Source: an uncultured Gammaproteobacteria bacterium (lineage in GTDB: Bacteria; Patescibacteriota; Patescibacteriia; Patescibacteriales; UBA12465). Taken from it: 64,000 nt of DNA. Both the position numbers and the translations under genes were made by a program. Of this stretch, positions 31,997 through 41,502 are shown piece by piece. Below the pieces are notes generated by a model, which saw only the letters and a list, made by a program, of their open reading frames with translations, was not told the DNA's origin and searched no databases. The stretch is taken from assembly GCA_964616855.1 (NCBI GenBank), contig CAZTUJ010000001.1:192301-256300 (forward strand), given 5' to 3'. Within the stretch, counting starts at the first letter, position 1, and every line of letters begins with the position of its first letter.

Positions 31997-34927
31997 TTGA
32001 ACGATAAGTCTATGTCTACTGCAAATGATAAGAATGTTTCTGAAAGTCTCAGTTTTCCCGAAGCTGAAGAAAAGGTATTAGCTTTTTGGCGGGAAGGCGG
32101 GATTTTTGATAAGTCTCTTACTAAGGAGGCGCCTAAAGGCGATTACGTCTTTTATGATGGGCCTCCTTTCGCTACCGGCACTCCTCATTATGGTCACCTA
32201 GTTGCTAGCGTGATGAAGGATGTGGTTCCGCGCTATCAAACAATGCGGGGCTATCGGGTGGCGCGGAAGTGGGGCTGGGATTGTCACGGTTTACCGATTG
32301 AAAATATTGTTGAGAAAGAATTAGGCACAAAGAGCAAGAAGGATATCGAAGAGCTTGGCATTGGCAAATTTAACGATCTCTGCCGCTCCAAGGTGTTAAC
32401 CTATGCTGCTGAATGGGAGAAAGTTATTGGTCGCCTTGGTCGCTGGGTTGATTTTGCTAATGCTTACAAGACCATGGACTTGGATTACATGGAAAGCATT
32501 TGGTGGACCTTCAAGCAGTTATGGGATCGAGATTTAATTTACAAAGACTATCGCTCAATGCATATTTGTCCGCGTTGTGAAACCACTCTTTCTCAATCAG
32601 AAGTAACTGAAGGCTATAAAGATATTAAAGACTTATCAGCGATTGCTAAGTTTGAATTAGTCGATGAACCTGGAACTTTCGTGCTCGCCTGGACTACCAC
32701 CCCCTGGACTCTAATCGGCAATGTTGCTTTAGCGGTAGGGAAAGATATTAATTATGTAAAAGTGAAATTAGAGGATTCTTTATATATCGTGGCGAAAGAG
32801 CGCTTATCAGAAATTTTTAAGGAAAAATCTGCTGACATTATTTCCGAATGTAAAGGCTCTGATTTAATAAGCAAAGCGTATAAACCCCTTTTCAATTATT
32901 ACTCTGAGGATGAGAATTTAGAAAATCATCAAAACGGCTGGAAAATCTACGCCGCTGATTTTGTTACGACTACTGATGGCACGGGGGTAGTTCACATTGC
33001 GCCTGCTTTTGGTGAGGATGATATGAATTTAGGGAGGCAGGAAAAATTACCCTTTATTCAGCATGTTGGTTTAGATGGTATTTTCAAACCGGAGGTTAAG
33101 GACTTTTTAGGTTTACACGTTAAACCTTTGGAGGATCACATGGCTACTGATATTGAGATTATTAAATATTTAGCTGGTCATGGCTTGTTGTTCCATAAAG
33201 AAAAATATGAACATAGTTATCCGCATTGTTGGCGTTGCGACACCCCTTTGATTAATTATGCCACCTCTTCTTGGTTCGTGGGTGTCACCAAGATTAAAGA
33301 GCGTCTTTTGGATACGGCCAAGGAAATTAATTGGTCACCAGACTATATTAAAAATGGCCGATTTGGCAACTGGCTGGAAGGGGCACGTGATTGGTCAATT
33401 TCCCGTCAGCGTTTTTGGGCGAGCGCCATTCCGATTTGGGAATGCCCCTCCGGCCATCATCATGTTGTTTCTTCTGTTAAGGAACTGGAAGAGAAAACAG
33501 GGCAGAGGATTGACGATATTCATAAAGATAAAGTTGATGATCTGAAATTTGCCTGTGCTGAGTGTGGAGCAGAGATGAAGCGCATCCCCGATGTTATTGA
33601 TTGCTGGTTTGAATCTGGTTCTATGCCTTATGCGCAATTACATTATCCTTTTGAGAATAAAGACAAGCTGGAGGCTGATTTTCCCGCTCAGTTTATTGCT
33701 GAAGGCGCGGATCAAACAAGGGCTTGGTTTTATTATTTACACGTCATTGCTGGTGGTGTCCGCGATAGCCATGCCTTCCAAAATGTTATTGTTAACGGGA
33801 TTGTTTTAGCCGAAGACGGCAAGAAAATGTCAAAGAAGCTTAAAAATTATCCCGACCCTTCGCTGGTGATGGAAAAATATGGAGCGGATGCTTTGCGCGC
33901 CTATCTTCTGTCCTCACCGGTAATGCAGGCAGAAAATCTTAATTTTTCTGAAAGTGGTGTCCAAGAAGCTCTGCGTAAGAATGTTATGACCTTATGGAAT
34001 GTTTATCGCTTTTATGCGACCTACGCTCCTGACTATGATAATCGTGAAGTGGTGACTGATAATATTTTAGACGCTTGGATTCTAGCGAAGTTCAAAACTT
34101 TATTAGCTGAGGTTGCGCAAGCGATGGAAAAATATAATTTACCTAAAGCCGTGCGCCCGATTACCGAATTTATTGATGAATTATCAACTTGGTATTTACG
34201 CCGCAGCCGTGAGCGCTTTAAGAGTGAGGATGAAAATGATAAGCAGGCGGCTTTAGCGATGTCCCGTTTTGTTTTATTGGAATTAGCTAAAGTGATGGCT
34301 CCTTTCTTGCCTTTTGTCGCGGAAAGGTTGTGGCAAGAAGTCTCAGGACGTAGCTTTCAGCAACGCAATGAGTCAGTGCATTTAGAGAATTGGTCAGAAC
34401 TAGGCGATTTGAGTCCGGAGGAAAAAGAAATTTTAGCGAGAATGACTTTAACTAGGCAGGCGGCGGAAAGCGGTTTGTCTGCTCGCGATAGCGCTGGTAT
34501 TAAAATCAGACAAATGTTGAGTGCCGCTAACTTTCAGGGCGGTGGCGATTTGCCGGAGCTTTACCAGGAGCTTTTAGCGGAAGAGCTTAATGTCCAGACA
34601 ATCTCTTGGTTGGGCGGAGAAGGGAATTTAAGTTTAAATTTAGATACCGTTATTACCCCTGAACTGCAGTTAGAGGGTAATAAGCGTGAGCTTATCCGCA
34701 CCATTAACGCTTTAAGAAAAGAAGCCGGTTTAACCGTTGCCGATAAGATAGAGATTTGGCTTGATGGTTCTGAGATGGCCCTAAGTTGGCTCAGCGCGGC
34801 TAGCGAAGAGATTAAAAAGGCGACTTTAGCCCCTAGTCTCCAAAGTGGCAAGGCGGATAAGGCTTTGGCGGTTAAGAGCCTAAAATTAGAATCAGGGAAT
34901 TTGGAAATTCAAATCGTCCAAATTTAA
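31997..34927 (+). CDS. ileS: Isoleucyl-tRNA synthetase (type 2-like)
   Basis: PPFATGTPHYGH (HIGH region), the CP1 editing region (TTTPWTL), and KMSKKL (the KMSKS loop). TTG at 31997 or ATG at 32012. Confidence 0.95.
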   Translation: MNDKSMSTANDKNVSESLSFPEAEEKVLAFWREGGIFDKSLTKEAPKGDYVFYDGPPFATGTPHYGHLVASVMKDVVPRYQTMRGYRVARKWGWDCHGLPIENIVEKELGTKSKKDIEELGIGKFNDLCRSKVLTYAAEWEKVIGRLGRWVDFANAYKTMDLDYMESIWWTFKQLWDRDLIYKDYRSMHICPRCETTLSQSEVTEGYKDIKDLSAIAKFELVDEPGTFVLAWTTTPWTLIGNVALAVGKDINYVKVKLEDSLYIVAKERLSEIFKEKSADIISECKGSDLISKAYKPLFNYYSEDENLENHQNGWKIYAADFVTTTDGTGVVHIAPAFGEDDMNLGRQEKLPFIQHVGLDGIFKPEVKDFLGLHVKPLEDHMATDIEIIKYLAGHGLLFHKEKYEHSYPHCWRCDTPLINYATSSWFVGVTKIKERLLDTAKEINWSPDYIKNGRFGNWLEGARDWSISRQRFWASAIPIWECPSGHHHVVSSVKELEEKTGQRIDDIHKDKVDDLKFACAECGAEMKRIPDVIDCWFESGSMPYAQLHYPFENKDKLEADFPAQFIAEGADQTRAWFYYLHVIAGGVRDSHAFQNVIVNGIVLAEDGKKMSKKLKNYPDPSLVMEKYGADALRAYLLSSPVMQAENLNFSESGVQEALRKNVMTLWNVYRFYATYAPDYDNREVVTDNILDAWILAKFKTLLAEVAQAMEKYNLPKAVRPITEFIDELSTWYLRRSRERFKSEDENDKQAALAMSRFVLLELAKVMAPFLPFVAERLWQEVSGRSFQQRNESVHLENWSELGDLSPEEKEILARMTLTRQAAESGLSARDSAGIKIRQMLSAANFQGGGDLPELYQELLAEELNVQTISWLGGEGNLSLNLDTVITPELQLEGNKRELIRTINALRKEAGLTVADKIEIWLDGSEMALSWLSAASEEIKKATLAPSLQSGKADKALAVKSLKLESGNLEIQIVQI

Positions 34928-34931
34928 TTTT

Positions 34932-34960
34932 TAGACAAAATCTCGTTTTTTTGCTATAAT
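34932..34960 (+). promoter_or_regulatory. Strong candidate promoter for the lemA operon
   Basis: tagaca (34932-34937, 5 of 6 to TTGACA), a 17-nt spacer, then TGcTATAAT (tataat at 34955-34960). Confidence 0.6.
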
Positions 34961-34965
34961 TATAA

Positions 34966-35016
34966 GGCTAATTTATTAAATTAGCCGGCAAGGGAATTGA
35001 TTCCCTGGTCCCGGCC
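34966..35016 (+). promoter_or_regulatory. Structured 5' leader (two hairpins) upstream of lemA
   Basis: Hairpin 1: ggctaattt (34966-34974) pairs with aaattagcc (34978-34986). Hairpin 2: agggaa (34991-34996) pairs with ttccct (35001-35006), nested inside gccgg (34984-34988)/ccggc (35011-35015). The outer stem of hairpin 2 competes with the 3' arm of hairpin 1. No U-tract follows. Confidence 0.4.
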
Positions 35017-35026
35017 ACATTAAATT

Positions 35027-35584
35027 ATGACTATTTGGATTATTCTCGGCCTCATCGTACTTTTAGCTTTAGTGCTGATAGCGATGTATAATGGCCTTAT
35101 TCGTGTTAAGAACCGCGTTGACGAAGCTTGGAGTGATATTGACGTTCAATTAAAGAGACGCCATGATTTGATTCCTAACCTTGTTGAGACTGTTAAAGGC
35201 TATGCTGCCCATGAACAAGTGACTTTAGAGAACGTGATTAAAGCCCGTAATGAGGCGATGAACGCTCAAGAGAGCCGTGATCCCAATGCGGTCTTAAAAG
35301 CAGAGAATGCACTTTCTTCTACCTTGAAGTCAATTTTTGCTCTTGCGGAAAGTTATCCGGATTTGAAGGCTAATCAGAACTTCTTAGAATTACAGAGAGA
35401 ATTAACTGATACTGAAGACAAGATTATGGCCTCCCGCCGCTTCTATAATACTAATGTCCGTGATTTCAATACTAAGCTTCAAGTTTTTCCGACTAATATC
35501 TTCGGCCGAATGCTCGGCTTTAAAGATTATTCTTTCTTTGAAGCAGCCGAATCGGAAAAGGAGCCAGTGGCCGTTAAATTTTAG
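35027..35584 (+). CDS. lemA: LemA family membrane protein
   Basis: N-terminal TM helix followed by YNGLIRVKNRVDEAWSDIDVQLKRRHDLIPNLVETVKGYAAHE and RRFYNTNVRDFN, typical of LemA. Confidence 0.85.
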   Translation: MTIWIILGLIVLLALVLIAMYNGLIRVKNRVDEAWSDIDVQLKRRHDLIPNLVETVKGYAAHEQVTLENVIKARNEAMNAQESRDPNAVLKAENALSSTLKSIFALAESYPDLKANQNFLELQRELTDTEDKIMASRRFYNTNVRDFNTKLQVFPTNIFGRMLGFKDYSFFEAAESEKEPVAVKF

Positions 35585-35606
35585 GATTATTTAATAATTA
35601 AAATAT

Positions 35607-36365
35607 ATGTGGATTTACATTGTTGTTGCTTTCATCATTTTAATTCTCGCTTTTTTAAAGCAGGTTAATCAGTATGAACGCGGAGTGGTCTTTACCATGG
35701 GTCGCTATTCCTATGTTATGCAACCTGGTTGGCGTCTTTTAATTCCGGTTTTTCAGTCTTTCCGCAAAGTTGATATCCGGGTGAAGGCGGTTGATGTTCC
35801 TGATCAGAAGGCGATTACTCGTGATAATGTTTCGGTTACCGTGAATGCGGTTATTTATTATAAAGTGGCGGCGGCGGAAAAAGTTATCATTGAAGTTGAA
35901 AATTATCAATATGCCATTTCGCAGTATGCGCAAACCACTATGCGCAACATCGTTGGTGAAGTTACCTTGGATGAATTACTAGCTCAGCGCGACAAAATTG
36001 CTGATCGCATCAGAGAAATAGTGGAAAAGGAAACGGGTGATTGGGGTATCCAAGTTAATAATGTGGAATTGAAGGATGTATCTTTGCCTGAATCAATGGA
36101 AAGAACGATTGCTAAGCAAGCAGAAGCAGAAAGAGAGAAGCGGGCAGTGATTATTAACTCTGAAGGTGAATTAGCGGCCTCCACCAACATCTCCCAAGCC
36201 GCTAAAGTGTTAGCAGAGACTCCTGGCGCCTTGCATTTACGCACCTTGCAGGCGATTAATGATATTTCTTCAGATAGTTCTAATACCGTAGTTTTCCTGA
36301 CACCAGTAGAAGTATTGAGAGCCTTTGATGGCTTTGCTAAAAAAATGACCCAAGACAATAAATAG
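35607..36365 (+). CDS. SPFH/band-7 (stomatin-like) membrane protein
   Basis: N-terminal TM helix, then VNQYERGVVFTMGRY, DVPDQKAITRDNVSVTVNAVIYYKV and AKQAEAEREKRA. Confidence 0.85.
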   Translation: MWIYIVVAFIILILAFLKQVNQYERGVVFTMGRYSYVMQPGWRLLIPVFQSFRKVDIRVKAVDVPDQKAITRDNVSVTVNAVIYYKVAAAEKVIIEVENYQYAISQYAQTTMRNIVGEVTLDELLAQRDKIADRIREIVEKETGDWGIQVNNVELKDVSLPESMERTIAKQAEAEREKRAVIINSEGELAASTNISQAAKVLAETPGALHLRTLQAINDISSDSSNTVVFLTPVEVLRAFDGFAKKMTQDNK

Positions 36366-36375
36366 GGAATTAAGT

Positions 36376-37293
36376 ATGACAAACTTATATTCATATAGTG
36401 CTGTCAATAAGCGAAAAACCTGGTTTTTAATGACCGGGTTTTTCATCTTTATCATGCTGGTCGGTTACGTCTTCGCTCAGGTGATGGATGAGCCCGGCAT
36501 TGTCTATTTAGCGGTGATTATTAGTGTGGTAATGAGCTTTGTCAGCTATTGGTATAGTGACAAAATTGTTCTATCAATGTCTGGCGCTAAAGAAGTGGAT
36601 AAAAATAGTGGTCGCGAACTTTATCGCCTGGTAGAGAATCTTTGTATAGCCGCCGGTTTGCCCGTGCCCAAAATTTATATTATTGAAGATAGCGCCCCCA
36701 ACGCTTTTGCTACTGGCCGTGATCCTGAGCACGCCGCTATCGCTGTTACCTCTGGTATTTTAGGAAAATTGGAGAAAGTCGAGTTAGAGGGAGTGATTGC
36801 CCATGAGCTTTCTCATATTGGTAACCGCGATATCCTTATTTCTACCATCGCTACCGTGTTGGTAGGAGTGGTGGTGTTGTTAGCCGATTGGTTCCGGCAT
36901 TGGTCATTTTTAGGTGGCCGCCGAAATAATAGCGACAGCAATAATAATAATCAGTTGGGGATGATTATGGTGGTCTTAGCCCTCGTCTTTGCCATTTTGG
37001 CTCCAATTTTTGCTCAACTCTTGCAATTAGCCGTTTCGCGCAAAAGAGAATTTGCCGCCGATGCCGATGCCGCTCTGTTAACCCGTTACCCGGAAGGATT
37101 GGCGCGAGCCTTAGAAAAACTTAGTGCTGACCGTGAACCCTTGGAAGCGGCTAATCGGGCCACCGCTCATATGTATATCGTCTCTCCTTTTAAAGGAAAA
37201 GAGGGTAAAGGTCAGATTTCTTGGTTTACTAAAATGTTTATGACTCATCCGCCGATTACTGAAAGAATTGCTAAATTGCGTGGCTCTTTATAA
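36376..37293 (+). CDS. htpX: HtpX-type M48 zinc metalloprotease
   Basis: PNAFATGRDPEHAAIAVTSGIL, the HELSHIGNRD (HExxH) motif, EFAADADAA and the C-terminal THPPITERI. Confidence 0.9.
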   Translation: MTNLYSYSAVNKRKTWFLMTGFFIFIMLVGYVFAQVMDEPGIVYLAVIISVVMSFVSYWYSDKIVLSMSGAKEVDKNSGRELYRLVENLCIAAGLPVPKIYIIEDSAPNAFATGRDPEHAAIAVTSGILGKLEKVELEGVIAHELSHIGNRDILISTIATVLVGVVVLLADWFRHWSFLGGRRNNSDSNNNNQLGMIMVVLALVFAILAPIFAQLLQLAVSRKREFAADADAALLTRYPEGLARALEKLSADREPLEAANRATAHMYIVSPFKGKEGKGQISWFTKMFMTHPPITERIAKLRGSL

Positions 37294-37297
37294 ATAT

Positions 37298-38359
37298 ATG
37301 GATATTAAGGATTTTGAAAATCGTCATGATTGGCTGAAAGTTTGGTCAGGTAAATGGAGCTTTCATTCTTGCTCTCAGTTTGGCGAGATGTGGTCTGTTC
37401 GTCCGGCTATAGGTGGCGTTCCGGCTTATCCTTACGTCGTTTACATTCACCGGCAGACTAGCAGTGATTGTTGGGTGAGTCAGCTTGATCGTGATAATTT
37501 TTGTCATCTTCTGAGATCAGAAATTGAACAAGATGAGAATCGAGCTCAGTCTTTAGCGGATTCCCTAAAATCAAGTACTGACAATACCTTGGCTTTTATT
37601 AAAGAACACTCCGAACAGAAAGTTGACCGGTTAATTTATGATAATTTTTGGGAGCATATCGCTGTTTATTATTTAGCCCATATTTACATTAAGTATATTG
37701 TTGATTATCTTTCTCCTGAGCAGTTGGAAAAATATCTACCCATTTTTGAAGAGGCGCGGGTTTATGCCGAGCCGGTTTTTCATGAACAGGAACTTTTCAT
37801 GACTATTATTGCCGAGCAAATTGCCCAGTCTAACAAGTTAGCTACGGAATTAATCCTTTGCACTACTAAAGAAGAATTACACTCTTATTTTCAAAAAGGG
37901 ATTCTACCAGCGGTGGCATTATTGCAACAAAGATTTGAATTGTCTGCCCAATTTTTTTCCAGAGGCCAACGGCAAGAATTTATTGGTGCGGAGGCCGAGC
38001 GGGCAGAGTCTATTCTCTTGCCTGAACCCGGAGAGCACTTGCTCAAAGGGCAGACCGCCTATCCTGGCCAAGCTCGTGGCCGGGTGCGGATTGTCCGCGA
38101 TCCCTTACATTATCAAGGTGACTTTGTTGAAGGCGATATTTTGGTTACCGGTATGACCAGGCCGGAATATCTACCTTTCATGAGAAAGTCGGCCGGTTTC
38201 ATTACTGACGCTGGCGGCATTCTTTCCCATGCGGCGATTACTGCTAGGGAATTAAAGAAGCCTTGTATTATCGGGACGCAGACGGCTACAAAAGTATTAC
38301 AGGACGGCGACTGGGTGCTCATGGATGCTGATTTAGGGACGGTTACAAGAATAAATTAG
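37298..38359 (+). CDS. Protein with unknown ~240-aa N-terminal region and C-terminal PEP-utilizing-enzyme mobile (phosphohistidine swivel) domain
   Basis: C-terminus reads GQARGRVRIVRDP...GDILVTGMTRPEYLPFMRKSAGFITDAGGILSHAAITARELKKPCIIGT, the PpsA/PPDK swivel signature with the His. No ATP-grasp or PEP-binding TIM domain is present. ATG at 37298, 4 nt after the htpX stop. Confidence 0.7.
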   Translation: MDIKDFENRHDWLKVWSGKWSFHSCSQFGEMWSVRPAIGGVPAYPYVVYIHRQTSSDCWVSQLDRDNFCHLLRSEIEQDENRAQSLADSLKSSTDNTLAFIKEHSEQKVDRLIYDNFWEHIAVYYLAHIYIKYIVDYLSPEQLEKYLPIFEEARVYAEPVFHEQELFMTIIAEQIAQSNKLATELILCTTKEELHSYFQKGILPAVALLQQRFELSAQFFSRGQRQEFIGAEAERAESILLPEPGEHLLKGQTAYPGQARGRVRIVRDPLHYQGDFVEGDILVTGMTRPEYLPFMRKSAGFITDAGGILSHAAITARELKKPCIIGTQTATKVLQDGDWVLMDADLGTVTRIN

Positions 38360-38382
38360 TTAGTAAATAAATTATATAATTT

Positions 38383-39333
38383 ATGAATACTCAAGAAATT
38401 TACGAATTAGCAATTAGTCAAGGATTGAAAGCAGATTTACGCGGGGAAGCTTTTGTGCAAAAGCATTTAGATAAGCTGAAGAAAAAATATGAAGATTTAA
38501 GTGAAAAAGAAAAGCTCGCCTTTGACCAGGAGTCTTTGTCTAATCCCTATTCCGATTCGCGCGTTCTTTTTGCCGGCGCCCCTAAGGATGTAAAAAAGAT
38601 TTTGGCTGGCATTGATATTGAGGGACCGGAATTATTATATGCCCAGCAGCGTGGTGATATTGATTTAGTAATTGCCCATCATCCTGAGGGCTTGGCCCTG
38701 GCTGATATTTCCACAGTGATGCATTTACAAGCTCAAGTTTTAGCTCAGTATGGTGTGCCGATTAATGTAGCCGAATCCGTTATTCAACCGCGGATTTCCG
38801 AAGTGACACGTGGAGTTAGTCCCATTAATCATCAGCGCGCGGTTGATTTTGCCCGTTTGCTTGGTTTAGATTTTATATGCTTGCATACGCCCGCCGACAA
38901 TTTATCGGCACAATTTGTGATTAAAGCCATTGAGCAGGAAGGTGATAAGCTGGAAACAGTGGGCGAGTTGGTTGATTTTTTAAAAACTATTCCTGAATAT
39001 GCAGCGGCAGAAAAGTTGAAGGCTGGTCCTAAAATCTTCGCCGGCACACCTGAGCGTAGTCTAGGTAAAGTCGTCGTCACTGAGTTTACCGGTGGCACTA
39101 GTGGTTCCAAAGATATTTATGAAAAGATGTCTCAATACGGGATTGGTACTGTTATTGGCATGCACATGAATGAAGAACACCGCAAAGAGGCGGAGAAATA
39201 TCATATTAACGTTATTATCGCCGGGCATATGTCTTCGGATTCTCTAGGTATGAATTTACTTTTAGATGAAATTGAAAAACAGGGAATTGAAATTATCCCG
39301 ATTTCTGGCTTAATTCGAGTAAAGCGTTTCTAA
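38383..39333 (+). CDS. NIF3-like (DUF34) putative dinuclear-metal protein
   Basis: DLVIAHHPEG, ICLHTPADN and IIAGHMSSDSLG resemble the His-rich NIF3 metal-site blocks. This was assigned by eye only. Confidence 0.45.
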   Translation: MNTQEIYELAISQGLKADLRGEAFVQKHLDKLKKKYEDLSEKEKLAFDQESLSNPYSDSRVLFAGAPKDVKKILAGIDIEGPELLYAQQRGDIDLVIAHHPEGLALADISTVMHLQAQVLAQYGVPINVAESVIQPRISEVTRGVSPINHQRAVDFARLLGLDFICLHTPADNLSAQFVIKAIEQEGDKLETVGELVDFLKTIPEYAAAEKLKAGPKIFAGTPERSLGKVVVTEFTGGTSGSKDIYEKMSQYGIGTVIGMHMNEEHRKEAEKYHINVIIAGHMSSDSLGMNLLLDEIEKQGIEIIPISGLIRVKRF

Positions 39334-39337
39334 ATAT

Positions 39338-39363
39338 AAACTCCGCCGCAAGGCGGAGTTTTT
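39338..39363 (+). terminator. Rho-independent terminator ending the lemA operon
   Basis: Stem ctccgcc (39341-39347) pairs with ggcggag (39352-39358) around loop gcaa, followed by a T5 tract. Confidence 0.85.
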
Positions 39364-39437
39364 AGAACTTAATAATCATTATCGCTTATTTCTGTCAAGA
39401 TTTAATTATATTGGCGGATATATTATACTAAGAGCAT

Positions 39438-40022
39438 ATGCTCGCTTACCTTCACGGCCGAATTTTGGCTAAAAGCAACAATTATCTAATATTAGAAGTA
39501 AATAGCGTCGGCTACCAAATTTTTGTGGGTGAGGCTTTTTTATCGTCTTTGAAAGTGGGGGAAGAACAGGAATTTTACCTTTCTCACCAGGTACGCGAAG
39601 ATGCCTCCGACTTATATGGTTTCCGGAATTTATCGGAGTTAGAACTGTTCCAATTATTACTTTCTGTTTCTGGCGTTGGCCCGAAATCAGCTCTGGGCGT
39701 TTTATCAATCGCTTCCGCTGATGATATTCGTGAAGCGGTTATCCGCGGCGACGCCGCTTTACTCACTAAGGTCGCTGGCATTGGCAAAAAGACGGCGGAA
39801 AGAGTGGTGTTGGAGTTAAAAAATAAGATTGCTAAAAATATCAATGGTGCTATTTTAGGAGCGACTTTGCCAGCCGGTCTCAGTGATGAGCTTGATGCTT
39901 TAATGTCACTCGGCTATTCCTTGCCTGACGCTCGTACCGCTCTAAATGATTTAGATCCCAGTCTTAATGATAGCGGCGAGCGCGTCAAAGCTGCTTTGAA
40001 GAAATTGGCACGAAAGTCATAG
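39438..40022 (+). CDS. ruvA: Holliday junction branch-migration complex subunit RuvA
   Basis: MLAYLHGRI...VNSVGYQIFV, and the HhH motifs SVSGVGPKSALGVLS and KVAGIGKKTAERVVLELK. Confidence 0.9.
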   Translation: MLAYLHGRILAKSNNYLILEVNSVGYQIFVGEAFLSSLKVGEEQEFYLSHQVREDASDLYGFRNLSELELFQLLLSVSGVGPKSALGVLSIASADDIREAVIRGDAALLTKVAGIGKKTAERVVLELKNKIAKNINGAILGATLPAGLSDELDALMSLGYSLPDARTALNDLDPSLNDSGERVKAALKKLARKS

Positions 40023-40053
40023 TTGATTAATTAGCTTAATTGAATTGAATTAT

Positions 40054-41490
40054 ATGGGTAAAAATGAAAAAAAAACAATTACTAAACAAGCAGTTGATTT
40101 TCCGGCTTGGTATCAAGACGTGGTTCGAGAGGCAGAGCTGGCAGAGACTTCTGAAGTCAGAGGCTGCGGTATTGTCAGGCCCTATGGTTTAAAAATTTGG
40201 GAGTTAATCAAAGCTGAGCTTAGCCGTAAATTAGAAGATGACGGCGTTGAGAATGTTTATTTTCCAATTTTTGTGCCCTTGGAAAATTTAGAAGCGGAAA
40301 AAGATCACGTGGAAGGATTTTCCCCGGAATTGGCCGTAGTTACTCATGCTGGCGGCGAAGAATTAGTTAACAAGTTAGCTATTCGCCCCACCAGTGAGGC
40401 GGCGATGTATCGAACTTACGCTAAGTGGATTCAGAGTTATAAAGATTTGCCCTTACGTTTAAATCAATGGGCTAACGTTGTTCGTTGGGAGAAACGTCCA
40501 CGTGCCTTTCTCCGTTGGAGCGAGTTTTTATGGCAAGAAGGTCATACTGTTTTTGCTTCTGAAGAAGAGGCTAGGGCAGAGGTAAAGAAGATGCTTGATA
40601 TCTATCGCTCTCTTTATGATTTTCTAGCTATCCCTACTTTTACCGGTCGTAAGTCAGAAAGTGAAAAATTTGCGGGAGCGGTTATGACTTTAACGGCCGA
40701 AGTAATGGCCAAGGACGGCAAAGCGATTCAGGGGGCTACTAGCCATTATTTAGGTACTAATTTTGCTAAAGTGTTTGATGTGAAATATCTTGGGGCTGAT
40801 GGGGAGACTCATTTAGGGCATCAAAATAGCTGGGGCTTGTCTTGGCGTTCAGTCGGGGCTGTTGTGATGGTTCATGGCGATGACAACGGTTTACGCCTAC
40901 CGCCTAATATTGCTCCTTTGCAAGTTGTGATTGTGCCGATCTATAAAGATGATTCTTCAAAGGATAAAGTTTTAAATTATTGTGAGAAAATCAATAGCTC
41001 TTTAAAGGGCAAATATCGTTTAAAAACTGATTTGCGCGATGCTCAAACTCCTGGATTTAAGTTTAACTACTGGGAAGTACGCGGTGTGCCTGTCCGTTTA
41101 GAAATTGGCTCCAAGGAAGCTGATGCTAATAAAGTCACTATTTTCCGCCGGGACAATGACACCAAAGAAGAAATTGATTTAAGTGAACTACCGAATCGTC
41201 TGGAGAAATTAATGCAAGAAATTCATGTTAATCTCTATAATCAAGCTTTAGCTTTTTCTGAGAAAAATATTCACCGAATTGAAAGCTGGGAAGAAATTGG
41301 CGAAAAAACTGGCTGGTTTGAAGCTAGCTGGAGCGAAGAGGCTGATACCGAAAAACAATTGAAAGAAAAATACGGAATAGTTTCCCGGGTGTTGTTAAGC
41401 GGCAAGGAAGGGGAAGCGCCTAAGAATAAAAAATGTTTTATCAGCGGCAAGCCGGCTAAGCACGATTGGCTTTTTGCTAAATGTTATTAA
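40054..41490 (+). CDS. proS: Prolyl-tRNA synthetase, archaeal/eukaryote-like type
   Basis: FPAWYQDVVREAELAETSEVRGCGIVRPYG, class II motifs (IRPTSEA, FLWQEGHT), no bacterial INS editing domain, and a C-terminal ...FAKCY. ATG at 40054 (a TTG at 40045 is also possible). Confidence 0.9.
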   Translation: MGKNEKKTITKQAVDFPAWYQDVVREAELAETSEVRGCGIVRPYGLKIWELIKAELSRKLEDDGVENVYFPIFVPLENLEAEKDHVEGFSPELAVVTHAGGEELVNKLAIRPTSEAAMYRTYAKWIQSYKDLPLRLNQWANVVRWEKRPRAFLRWSEFLWQEGHTVFASEEEARAEVKKMLDIYRSLYDFLAIPTFTGRKSESEKFAGAVMTLTAEVMAKDGKAIQGATSHYLGTNFAKVFDVKYLGADGETHLGHQNSWGLSWRSVGAVVMVHGDDNGLRLPPNIAPLQVVIVPIYKDDSSKDKVLNYCEKINSSLKGKYRLKTDLRDAQTPGFKFNYWEVRGVPVRLEIGSKEADANKVTIFRRDNDTKEEIDLSELPNRLEKLMQEIHVNLYNQALAFSEKNIHRIESWEEIGEKTGWFEASWSEEADTEKQLKEKYGIVSRVLLSGKEGEAPKNKKCFISGKPAKHDWLFAKCY

Positions 41491-41502
41491 TCTACCCTCC
41501 AT

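Noticed and set aside
39391-39437. Promoter upstream of ruvA.
   Set aside because: A tatact -10-like hexamer (39424-39429) exists, but no acceptable -35 lies at 16-18 nt spacing. The support is too weak to annotate.
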